A stretch of 64,000 bases of DNA. Origin: Balanoglossus misakiensis (taxonomy: Eukaryota > Animalia > Hemichordata). Each line of letters opens with the position of its first letter. Position 1 is the stretch's first letter. Location: assembly GCA_040954595.2 (NCBI GenBank), contig CM082597.2, forward strand, positions 3,024,265-3,088,264, given 5' to 3'. This document shows, piece by piece, positions 52,101-64,000 of this stretch. Position numbers and translations under genes: made by a program. Below the pieces are notes generated by a model that was not told the origin of the DNA, searched no databases, and saw only the letters and a list, made by a program, of their open reading frames with translations.

Positions 52101-54894
52101 TCAGATTTCAGTTCAGTACATCAACTCAATTTAAACAGTAATTATGCATCACCCTATGCCTCTCGGAAGAAACGAAGTCTCGAGGGAAAACTTTAACAAC
52201 ATTTAAAACACACCCTATGGGGTCGACTAACAAAAACCTATTTGAATTTCACAGCATGTATTAAACTTGATATTTCCCATTAAAGTTGAACTTTTGGTGC
52301 GCGATTAACTCTGCCAGATCCCCTTGTTTCTTCCGTGAGATATTGCTGTGATAAACTAAAACGCAAGATGCCCTATCTTGTCATGAATTGATAGAACTTG
52401 AAGTAATTGAAGCCATAAAACATTCCAATGCAGGACGATTAGGCCACCATTATCGGCGATGCTAGGTGGCCTTTTGCCTTGAAGGAGCCTGATTACTGGA
52501 AAATTGAACAAGAAGGATGACGTAGATCCTGTTTATCTTCAGCAAATATGACATTGACAGAGCTGACTCAAAATTACGGGATTGGTCTTTTAATCTTGGC
52601 CTGGATGTTGTTGGTTGGCTCGATACTTTCTCTGTTTCTTGTGTTATTTTAAGTTATTTCCTACGGCGTAGAAAAGAACGAGGAGTGATATTGCAGGCAT
52701 TTGTAACAATTTGGGCAATCAGCCCTCGGGTTGATGAATATTACATTACTGGCGGAATTCGTCAGAGGAAACAGACCTTCAGATGAAATGCTGCTTTTTG
52801 CAGAAGACGATTTCATTTCCCATGGGGCTGGGGCGGTGTAATTCGGACAGTAAATTAGATCCCTTCAAATCCCAAATGGAGTTTGTAGAGCGGACAGTTA
52901 CAGAAAGACAACAACATTCTGACCCCTGATCTGAAGACTACGCGTAATGAAGGAGCAACATAAGCCTTGTCTCTGACAACAATAACATTAAGTATTAAAC
53001 CCCCGAGCAGAGTTGGCCAACCTTGAACCAATCTCGGTCGAATATTGGTTAAATCAACCCACCGAAGAGAAACGGCGTGCTGAAAACACCATTGCACTAC
53101 ACCACAACTGAAAACCATGGTATTCTAAATCCCTGTTCTAACATGTGTGCATGTCAGCAGACACGGACAATGCAATACAAACCCAACACAACCCAACACT
53201 GAAGTGAAATCAATATTGTCGGTTTGTGTCCCCGGAATTTAGCCACTGTCGTTCGATAATGACAACCCTGTACGTGTGATGTGTGTTGATTTGTTAAAGT
53301 ACTTACAAGCAAGATGAATTTTAAAAGATATTACCTGTGGACGAGGCTGGATAATGATACACATGTAATTGCCTTATCGTCAATATTTGCTCGGTTATTA
53401 CTCACATTCTGTGTTTTACCTGCCAAGTGATCCACGAGTATATTTTTACATTCGGTATTGATTGCGGGTTGCTTTTTACCGCAAACTGAAGTGTGAAATG
53501 CATTCATGGTGCTTTTTGTCACAAATTATCAGAAACAGTTGCCTAATGGTGATCGATCAGCCGGTTAATCAAAGTAAAAATGGTCGAAAAACAACTTCAC
53601 AAAACACGAAACTGGGCGAACCATTACGAGTACTATAGAATCAACCACAGACGCACAATTATCTGGGTTTTGCAGACACCACAATGTAAATACTTCCTCT
53701 GAATTTCTCAGGAAGAAAACTTCCAACTCTTCAGTGAACGAAACGTTCAATTTGTCGAAGTCAATAGACGGACGCTTATTTAAGAACATGTTTATGTTCA
53801 AAGAGATCAAAGAAGGCTTATTTCTCTATGCCTTTTAATCGCGAGATGTTTTGATTTTCTCCGAGTTTATCACACGTCATCAGACAAGACTTCTTTTCAA
53901 GGCATTCAATTGACTGTAACTGATTAACCACGTGCTCATAGTTTGTATTTAAATTAGAAAAGTTGTACAATCGACAAAGGAATGAACTTTTTTCAGGCGT
54001 TCCTTGTACATACTTTTACATTCACCTCAGCTTATCAACGTGCTGTGATTACACCAACCCATCTCATTGACATCCGACGGTTTCATTTCTACACGACAGG
54101 TATCACTTGAAATATGTCCACTCCAGAAAAAAGCTTTCAGTTGAGTGTGAAAAATGGCTTCCCCTCCCGTCTATTTACGACGGTCTCTATGGTAACACTG
54201 TTGACTTACTACGCTTTCACTCTCCCCATAATTCTGTTAAACGCAGCCTTGGAAAGGCAGTGCATTCATATGAGATAGAAACAGATGTATATAAGGTTTA
54301 CACCAAACAAGAACATACCTTAGTCAGAACATCACTTCAACTATAACATTACATGCAAACCAAAACATTTTGGTATTTGTAATATTTTCCATATTTTTAG
54401 ACATTGTGATAAATGCTTTACTGATCAAAGTGGAACTGAACGCTACACTAAGTTTGACCATTTTCTCTTTGTCCATAAGTTCAATGAGAAAGAATACCGA
54501 CACGGACGGTGAACATCTCACAGATACAACAGACAGTCCAAATCCCAGTTCACAGTAATCACTTAAATTTGTGTCACTATAAATTCACATTGTTTCATGA
54601 TTAAAGTGTGCAATGCTCCCGGTAATTCCATCTCAAGGTTATCAATCACCGTGTGCATCCTTAATGTAATAAGCGTGCAGATGGAAATCATTCGGTTCAA
54701 CGCTGCACAGCGTTTTCCTTTCCATTCTACAAGGTCAGGATAAATTAAAGGTATCCAGTCTAGTAATAGCGAGGATAAGTAATCCGATCATGGGCATTAA
54801 ACTTGACTGCAGAGCAAGTGACTTCACAAAAGACTGAGCAAATACGATAATCGAGTTCGGTCTATAATGGGGCAAGAACTACACCTATCGCCAA

Positions 54895-54925
<31 letters not shown>

Positions 54926-54998
54926 GTGTATGTATGTATGTATGTATGTATGTATGTATGTATGTATTTATGTATGTATGTATCTGTGTGTGTGTGTG
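54895..54998. repeat. Compound (TG)n/(TATG)n microsatellite
   Basis: tgtgtg...tatgtatg...tgtgtg just upstream of the aGPCR start exon. Confidence 0.92.
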
Positions 54999-55086
54999 CA
55001 TATATTGCTCAAAAGAGCAATTACATGCTGCTAATGGCTGGACCTGTGATAATGTACATGTTTTTGTTTCTTTCTCTTATTTTCAG

Positions 55087-58000
55087 ATGCTGACCATTTG
55101 TGTTCTATTGTGTTGTTTGAGTCCCGGCATATCAGCACTAAGTAAGTCATATTCTACTTCATTCTAAGGCATATATATGGGAAGAAATTTGTGTTTTAAG
55201 CTTTGTCCAACTCTTGAAAACAATCGATCACAAGAGCAAACTTTGTTTTTTTATCATTAAGGTTTTCTGGTTGAACCCAGTTCCACAACTGCAGCGGTGG
55301 GCAGTACCATAATCCTGCAATGCCAGGTGGCGGACAAACCAGTCGATGCAGTCGTCAGCTGGATGGGCGGAGGAGAAGTCTTGACCCTGGATACGACAGT
55401 TATTACCGGAGATGGAAGACACTCTGTCGTGGGTGATCAAGGCAGCGACGAATACAATTTCCAGATAACCGACGGGCAAGTGGCCGATTCCGACATCTAC
55501 CTATGCACAGTGTCGGTTAACTCAATTGTGCAGATTGTATCGGCGATGGCGACCGTCACAATTGATCGTAAGTACATCCCGTATATCAACGATGCCACAA
55601 AGATGCTGGCATTGCATGAATGAATGAATGAATGAATAAATGAATGAATTACTTCCATGTTGACTTCTCCTTGTTATTGTCTCATCCAAACAACAGCCAA
55701 TCTGACCCTGCCACCACCAGCTGATACAACAGTGGACACAACCATCGCATTGACATCTTCACAACCAGTGACGACACAACACCCTGCAGGTAAATTGACG
55801 TCTACTACAAGTATATAAGACGCATCTTTAAACACAGAGGTGTGTGATTTCGTATTTTATAATACAAAATTGTTGAAGTTATGATTCTTCCCCTCTCTCT
55901 TTCGCTCAGGTACACTCAACGACCTCGTGTCATTGCTGCAACACGTAAGTTAACGATGCAATGCTGGTGATAATTAAAAAGTCTTTGCTAACCTTCTCAA
56001 GCATCGGCAGTTTCTATTACTTTACTTTATACGTCCATTAACCCAATTATTTCAAACATGATTGATTGATTGACTGATGATGATGAAGATGATGAATATA
56101 TCGTCGTAAATCATATTATAACTGTTATGTTTTTGTTATTACTATTATCATATTACTATAACTATTGCGTTGTAGGTCACCGAGGATGATTACCTGACAT
56201 TGGCTGTTGGCCAGATGTACATGTCACGCCTAAATGATTTCTTCCAATCAGGAGCAATCACCGAGGCGTCCAACCTTACCATGGCAAATGATATCATCAT
56301 CAGTTTAATCTACAAGACTAATACCACCATCAGTGGTGACATCACTGCAGCCGATTTAATAAATTTTATCGAGGTGAATGTCATAACTTATTCATTCTGC
56401 TAACTAGCCTCGGTCGATGACATAGGATAATGTTTTGTTACAGCTAGCATGGACTTTGTGCAGGAAATGTTTTAATAACATTATTAAGTCCACATAATTC
56501 ATCACTGGAGAATTTGCCATATCTACTTTTATCTTACAGGTTACTTTAGACACAGCGGATCATCACACCGACCCTGCTTTAAGCAAATTATGGCTTTCCT
56601 CAGGCGAGGTAAAGTGAATTTGTACCTATATTTCATGCATAGAACTGGTGAAGGATATCTGCAATAAAAAGTCACAAAATTTAGGTTTCTAGTGAGCGGG
56701 AATGAACAAACGTACACATGATCCATCAATCTTAGCTAAGACTTATTATTACATAAGCTACATGTACATGTACAACCATACCTAGTGTTCCTTTTAGACT
56801 CTACTGTTCCCTTAGAGAGAGAAGAAGTCATTGACTGATACGAAAGCCAACCCTCAAAAAGAGGCTTGAGAAACGATATAAAAATTTAAATCACGTTGCA
56901 GTGAAAAATAATCCTGCTGCTTTTCAGAAGTCGCATGCATGACGACGAACAATGAGTCTGTTTTCATACTGCACACTGTTGAAAAGGCCTTTCTGCATCG
57001 ACAATGTAGTAATGCAAAATCGTCAATGTCTGCTCGGAATTAAGCTGAGTTTATAAATGATAGATGATAGTCTGAGATCCTTCCTGTAGAGGAAATCAAG
57101 AAATCTAGACAAACGTGATCACACAAAGAAGCTGACTCAAGATCTGTCTTTTACCGCCAAACATTATTATTCCTAACAACAGCTATCAATTCCATCTCCC
57201 AAAAACAGACAGACAGATCTAGACATGCAGGCAGTCATACAGGCCTACAGAGAGATATATACCGAGAGAAACAAAGACATATACAGACAGACAGTGAGAC
57301 GGACAAGGGAAAAACAGTTTGAACAAACAGCAGAATAAACAACAATCTAAACACAGCATCGAAATATCAACTTATTTCTTACACCATTTGCAGGGTTTGA
57401 GCATACCCGAGATGTCTGAGATATCTATACCCATCATTGGCACTTTGCTAGCACTTGACGAGTTTGCAGTGTGCATCAATGACTATGTTAGCGAGGATGG
57501 AGTTAATGCCTATAACACTGGACGAGATAATTTTGGTATGCTATGGGTGGAATTTTTGCCCTCTGATCCATATTATTTTGATATTTAGACTTTTCCTAGA
57601 CTATATCTGTTCATACTTTACACTCGAGGTATGTTCACCAAAGGTTTCATGGATTTTGTTTGTAGATGTCAACAGCAGCACGCATACTGTCGATGACCTG
57701 GACGAATTCTTGGTTATTCAGATCTCAGACATGATAACCTTATCAATTCCCAGAGCTCTATTACAGACAACAGGTATGGATATACAAGAGTTGTTTTGCC
57801 TAACAAATCCTTGTGTTGCTTTGTATGATATCAGTTTTTGAATTATTTTTACAGTGGTAAGTTCTGCATACAAATATACCAACACCATCTTAAGTCCCGC
57901 TATCAATGTGGTGTCTATAAAATTCGTCATGTCTATAAAATTTAATTTTATCAATTATGTTTATTTTTACAGATTCTGACGAGGTCATACTGACATATAT

Positions 58001-61000
58001 CATGTACAAGTCGATCTCTGAAATTATGCCTGATTCCGTTCTCATGGACACAGATACCATCGATGCAGATACACCAGAAAGTGTTCTGAATGTTAGTCTG
58101 GCCAGTTCCGTGATTTCCTTGACGATGTGGCCGATGCCAGATCTACCGTTCAGCCAGTCATTCATGTTATCTTTTTCCGATGTACAGGTACATATTTCTC
58201 TGCCTTCTTGTCTGTGTATCTGTCTATATTGACTCTGTGTCGTTCTGTCTCTCTCTCAAGAATTCAAGTGTGTCTGCTAGTTCTACATTACTGACTATGT
58301 CACATAACTTTTAACCCTCATGACATTGCAGGAAAACCTTGACGACGTTCACTGTGGCTCCATTGACATCAGCAGGTATGAGCACCAGGCCTAAATGATC
58401 ATAGACACAACACTAGTTTATATACACACCCGTCAAGAGTGCCTTATAGATACTAGGAGCTGGTGATTTCTATTTTGCAATTAAAACTGTATACTCTACT
58501 CTACATGAAAATCACCCACTTTTAATTAAAACCTCTCTTCATCTAGGGGCTGGACTACCCGTGGATGTGAGACAGTCACTAGCGATGAGAACACTGTGAC
58601 GTGTCAATGTCGCCATATGACAAATTTTGCTCTACTAGTTCAGGTCACTGACTTCGAGGTAAATGCAATTACTTTACATATAAAGGATGGTATTTTATGG
58701 CCAGATAGAAAATTAATATTTATATTCCAATTATCAATAGTGTGTCCTGTGATATCTAAAGACGCCAGGGGTGTAACTTAGCAACTGATTAATCCACGTG
58801 ATGCCTTGGTGCCTGGTTTGTTCTTTTTAAAGAGCTGCTCACTTTGTTTTGTACGGGTGCTAAAAGCGTTACAGTATGATTTACGGTACCGAGTTTATCT
58901 GAGTTGGTTTATAGCCTGCGTTTATTATCACCAAATTTTGCGTTGTTCAGTTTGTCTTTGCCCTTAAAAACCTCACGAATGTACACGACAATCTTTGCGA
59001 TCAAAACCAATGCTGTATGTCAGGCGATAAAGCCAGACAAATTTGCATAATTTATGTAAATGTTTGGATCCATCTTTGATCCCATCCTTATACACAACTA
59101 TAGTAAAACTCCAATGCTAGCATTTTATAATCCGAATGCGTGGTTAGTGATGACGCACAAACAAGCCGTTAATTTCGCCCTAAATTTAATCTAGGTTAAG
59201 TTAAAAACTATGGCAATTCCCGCGGTAATTCATCAATTAAACTCCGATAAAAAAAGAATACCCGCTTATCGTTAAATATTTAATGTAAGTCTGCTGCGGG
59301 TATTAATGATATTGCTCATCATAAATGCACCTGTAGGAAAATTCCTTCGATTTATAAAACTTAATACATGTACTGCTAAATGATTGCCCTATTGTGTGTA
59401 TTGACTGAAATTTTTTCCTCTTTTTTCGTAGATTGATAGCAGCCATTCCACAGCACTATCTATGATCAGCCAGGTTGGATGCGCTATATCGATTACCTGT
59501 CTTATCATTACATTCGTTATCATGGCTTGTCTCAGGTATAGCTCTCATTACATCTAAAGAGGAGTGTGGTATAAGCACACCACTGTCCGTCTTGGTATCA
59601 CTCATCAGTTAATCTACCCGAAGCAATAAAATCAACTGCGTTCATGCTTCATTTTATTGGCCAGCATTTATTTTAATTTAGGTTGACCACGGCGTTTCTT
59701 GTAAATGCTGATTAAACCGACATGGTCGCTAGCACACGTTTAATAAACTCTGCCTTTTGTACACATGTTAATTTAACTCACAATGAACTCTCAAAATGCT
59801 GGCCAGTGGATAGACAAGGCAGAAGGCGGTCAATTCAGTGTGCAAGAAAGTAACAAAATTCACACAAAAATATGTAAAATGCATGGTGGTTTCCAACAGT
59901 GTAACAAAATACAATGAGAATATATCAATCACTCATGCACAGACAGACAGACTGACTGCTGCCTGATGGTCAAAATACTGTAACAACAAGCTTGTGAGAT
60001 TGCAGACAGAAAACTTTCCCACGCCACTTGACGACCTTGAGATGTAGCAACTATGCCACTTTCCTAGCACTACCTATTGAAACAATTTGTTTTCAATTAT
60101 TGCAGACCTGATAAAAAGTACACAATGTAACAAATGCTTCCTGTTCTTTTATCGACAGATTGCGATCAGATCGCGCCATTATCTTAATGAATCTTGTAGC
60201 CGCACTGACATTGGCACAACTTCTGTTTGTGGCGGGAACATCAGCAACACACCATGTGGTAAGCATAATTATTCTGATCAGATAAGTTGTGGGGTCTATG
60301 GGATTTACACAATTGAAAATTCACTAAAAAACAATATCTTCTTTACTACATGATATATACAGTTCCTTATTTTTGTCGTTGTAAAGCAGGGACAAGCGAG
60401 ACTCAACAATTTGTAATGGATGACACTACGAATGAAAAAAGACACTTGGCAATACTTTAATAGGATCCAGTGATTAACAGAGTTTCCTATTGTCAAATAT
60501 TGTACTGACGAACATGCTTAGTTGTGACATTTACAAAAAGCGCATTGCATTTGCGATTTGTTATCAGCTTCTATTTCGAGGGGATGCTTAGCGCGACTTA
60601 ATCCATCGATCTGATTATTGTCGGATACACCTTTGGCAAGGCCAATCCCGATTTCGAATTCGTTTCCTCTCACCGCCATATTGTGATGGTAATGTTTTAC
60701 GAGTGTTTCTGAAAGTATCAGGTGAAAAGTGAAAAAAGCGCGGCTCATTAAAGAAATAATCTGTTCTTTTATGCATGTATGCTTTCAGCCATTATCCGGG
60801 AGGCCAGAATTTATGTCGGAGATTTGTGGGTCGTTCAAAGTTTACGGTTTAGCTGACGGCAAATGCACTATAAATCGCAGACCACAATCGCCAGTGAATT
60901 AATCGCATTTTCAGAAGTTTGGTTGAAATGCTACGTTCTCTTAACCTGCTAGGGTAATAATGGCACACCGCAAAATGAACTGACACCAGGTTGCAAAAAT

Positions 61001-62704
61001 CACTTCTGAGTAACTTTTTTTTTATTTGCAGATACTCTGTCGTTCATTGGCTATCTGCTTACACTATCTGTTCCTCGCCGCTTTCTTCTGGATGCTGATC
61101 GAGGGAATTCAACTTTACATTAAAGTCAGCAACGTGTTCGCACCGTCGTACAACTTGCTACCTTACTATGCGCTGGGCGGTTGGGGTCTGCCGGTGATCA
61201 TCGTTGTCATCACCGCTGGCATCAAGTATGATCACTATGGAAACGAGAGACTGTGAGTTTGCTCTTTATATGTCTTTCCCTCTCCCCAACTTTCATCAGA
61301 TGTATATATGTTTGGAATTGTTGGCGTTTCAACAGGTTGAAGGGTCGTTCCTTAAAGTAAGAAAGAGTCAGTGGTATTAAATTTGATTACTTTTAATACA
61401 TCTGCAGGTGTTGGTTGTCTACAGCTGATGGTGTTATCTACGCATTCGTCGGGCCCGTCCTCGTTATTACACTGGTATGTTGCACTTAATTTCATTTACC
61501 AGTTAATCAGTGTAGGCATCCACCCTCCTACAATAACAACACCCCTGGGCAAATTGTTAATTTGATGAAGTGCCCTGGATATGAAATTCTGCTGTTAATG
61601 AAGTCAAACTGTGGCAAACAATGATAGCCATTGGGTCTTATAATTATCATAATTAATGTTTTTATTATTAGGTGAACCTCTTCGTAATAGCAAATGTGTT
61701 GAGGGCATTCTTTAATGTCCGAGTCAACGCCAAGAAGACCGAAGCCCAGAAAATAAAGTAAGTTTTCCATAGAGAGAAGATTATCCATGCAAATAAAATG
61801 AACTTAACACCTATAGTAATTGATTGAAACTCCTGCAAACAACACCTTCCTATGTGTACTTATGAAGATGAAGGACATCCCCAATGATTTCCTAAACTGT
61901 TGTTTTCTGCTTCAGGGCTGGAATACGGGCAAGTCTGATATTGGTACCGCTGCTGGGACTGACCTGGCTGTTCGGCATATTTGCCGTCAACGAGGCAACT
62001 CTGATTTTCCAGTATATCTTTGCAATTTTAAATTCACTTCAGGTACGTTAGAAAAATAAATGATATCTAGATCTGTAGTTGAGCAAAGACGAAAAATGGT
62101 TTACGTGACAAATCTTTCAATTTTACAAAAATCAAGCAGTGTTAGCTCTCCTAACTTTTTTCAGTGTGCCTAAGCCCTTATTAAAGCACACATGTTATAT
62201 CTGTTTTCGTTTTGCAGGGAATGTTCATTTTCATTTTCCACTGCGCCATGAATGATGAGGTAAGAATGGAAATAATGAAAATTGATTTAGATCGACAAGA
62301 TGACATTACTTTGACTGCATCTTATTCAACACACATTCGTAAAGTTAAAATTTTGCCTGCAACATCTGACACACAACGTGTTTCATACACAGGTAAAAAA
62401 CAACTGTCACCGGCGCCTTGCCACCCGATTCTTCGCATCAAAATCCGGCGTGTCGTCTGCATGGGCAGACGATTCGAAGACAAAGAAAACAGCCAGTTCC
62501 AGACTTGGTTCACCGTCAGTAAGTGAAGCATGAAACTTTCAAAAAATTTTGCTATTTTGCTATTTTTGGAACAGAATAAAACCGGAAATGACCGTTATTT
62601 TAAACGTGCTTGTAACAAATTTATCTTCACAGCATACCAAAGTGGCTCCCCTGGAAGTCAACAAAGTCGACGTTGGATTGAAGACCAAAGACAGAAAGCA
62701 TTAG
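55087..62704 (+). CDS. Adhesion GPCR: signal peptide, single Ig domain, Thr/Pro stalk, GAIN/GPS, secretin-type 7TM (ADGRD/ADGRL-like TM region); about 773 aa, 20 exons
   Basis: Exons 55087-55141 (MLTICVLLCCLSPGISAL), 55262-55567 (Ig), 55697-55789, 55910-55944, 56176-56373, 56540-56608, 57394-57535, 57666-57773, 57973-58187, 58332-58375, 58547-58658 (GWTTRGC...TCQCRHMTNFALLV), 59432-59535, 60159-60258, 61032-61252 (HYLFLAAFFWMLIEG...GWGLP), 61408-61474 (CWLS...AFVGP), 61672-61757, 61916-62042 (PLLGLTWLFG...NSLQ), 62218-62259 (GMFIFIFHC), 62393-62518, 62633-62704. Phases are consistent. Confidence 0.9.
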
Positions 62705-63927
62705 ACAAAATATTTGTTTCATCTTCTACATTTTCACCATTGCACCTATTTTTCTTCTGATATGAGAATGTAATATATATTGGTAGCAATCTAAAGTCTT
62801 TATCGTCTACAAATGACATTATTGAATATTCCTTTATGGTATAAGAAGGATCACGAGTGAATTAATGTGACGTGAACTTAGTGAGTTTGTAACACCAAAG
62901 ATGGATGCTCATTTGGAGAGGTTCCTGGACAATGTTGGTCAACAATCAAGAGGTGCTGCGTGGGTGTATGGAAGCAAAGCTAGAATTCCCAACAAAGTGT
63001 CTGACGAAATCATCAAAGTCATAGCAGACTCTTTACAAACGGTAGGATAATTCAGTTCCACGTGACAATATATTTCAATATTAGATTTTATGTAACTCTC
63101 AAATATTTGACCCATCTACCATCAGAGACGCTGATTATAACGAGCTTGTTATTGGATATTTTGCAGATAATAAACCCAATGGTACTGTTATGACAATACC
63201 AAATCCTGCAGGACTTCAGTAACGTAGCAATCCACGTGGATACATAAACTAACCGCGGGGTGAACTTGGATAATTATGGAAATACACAGGGCCTCGCCGT
63301 GACTTCAGGAAATGTGTCCAATACTAGTATCTCATTCCTTGAATGGCTTTTTGAACGCCTACACGAGAATGTACCTGTGTGGACAAAGACACGTACTATA
63401 TTGCTGCAAGCGAATCTATTGTAATTTGTGAAATGGGTGAAGGGGAAAACAGTGTCGTGGGCTGAGCTTAGCCTTCTTACTTGGAGACGTATTACCATAG
63501 ATGAACCTGAGCCAGATTTGTGATACAAGGCAGTCACGACCAAACCACAGGGATCAATCATGGCGAATGTATGTTCATGTAAAAGTCAACGACAATATGT
63601 ACACCATAACAGTGTGGGATTTGACTGAAATGAGATATTCGCGTGTAATGTATACACATGTGAAGTTTGCAGACGATAGAACACAGCGCGATAGAATATA
63701 TAGCGAACAGTGATGACATCATCGCAATATCCACTTTGTACTAGCTACATGGACGTGAAGTTACATTTTCTCTGCTCACCCGACAACATGTGTCGTCAAA
63801 GTGATTCTATTCTGGATGTTTACAGAAATCGTCTTAATTCTTGGCACATACCGGTAGTTCGTTCTTATTAACTAAAACTGATGCGATTAACAACGGCCAC
63901 TAGTTCCACAAACATTAAGAACATCAC

Positions 63928-64000
63928 TGTTAGGGAGCCTTCAGTATTTACAAGGGGGGATGGACCGGGGGAATCACCAACACCACCACCACCAAAACCA
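63928..64000 (+). mobile_element. Second copy of the 36353 repeat terminus, again followed by CCA-rich repeats (cut by window end)
   Basis: tgttagggagccttcagtatttacaagg...ccgggggaatcaccaacaccaccaccaccaaaacca. Confidence 0.6.

Noticed and set aside
1-64000. CRISPR arrays, rRNA, operons or autonomous transposase/RT ORFs
   Set aside because: Eukaryotic spliced genes throughout; no repeat-spacer arrays and no long TE ORFs seen.

Overview
Intron-rich animal genomic DNA, probably an invertebrate deuterostome (weak inference from gene content and repeats). Splicing by eye gives five protein-coding genes. (A) Minus strand, 5365-13174: signal peptide, 10 Ig domains, TM and a tail ending in an ITIM (LVYADL) plus an ITSM (TEYATV). 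(B) Plus strand, 13518-20830, head-to-head with A about 340 bp away: signal peptide, 8 Ig domains largely near-identical to A's, TM, a canonical ITAM formed across an exon junction (YEDL-x8-YTSL) and an FGFR/RET-like tyrosine kinase domain with HRD->HGD and DFG->NFG (probable pseudokinase). (C) PRDM10, minus, 22281-28176. (D) A small orphan gene with a signal anchor, minus, 30992-32130. (E) An adhesion GPCR with one Ig domain, GAIN/GPS and 7TM, plus, 55087-62704. About 22 kb (32.5-54.8 kb) has no recognisable coding exons. MITEs, a tRNA-derived SINE and microsatellites are scattered through the window. The main finding is A+B: an apparent paired inhibitory/activating Ig receptor system arranged as a large inverted repeat, homogenised in patches and most divergent in the N-terminal V-type domain. 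All exon coordinates were derived manually and need transcript confirmation.
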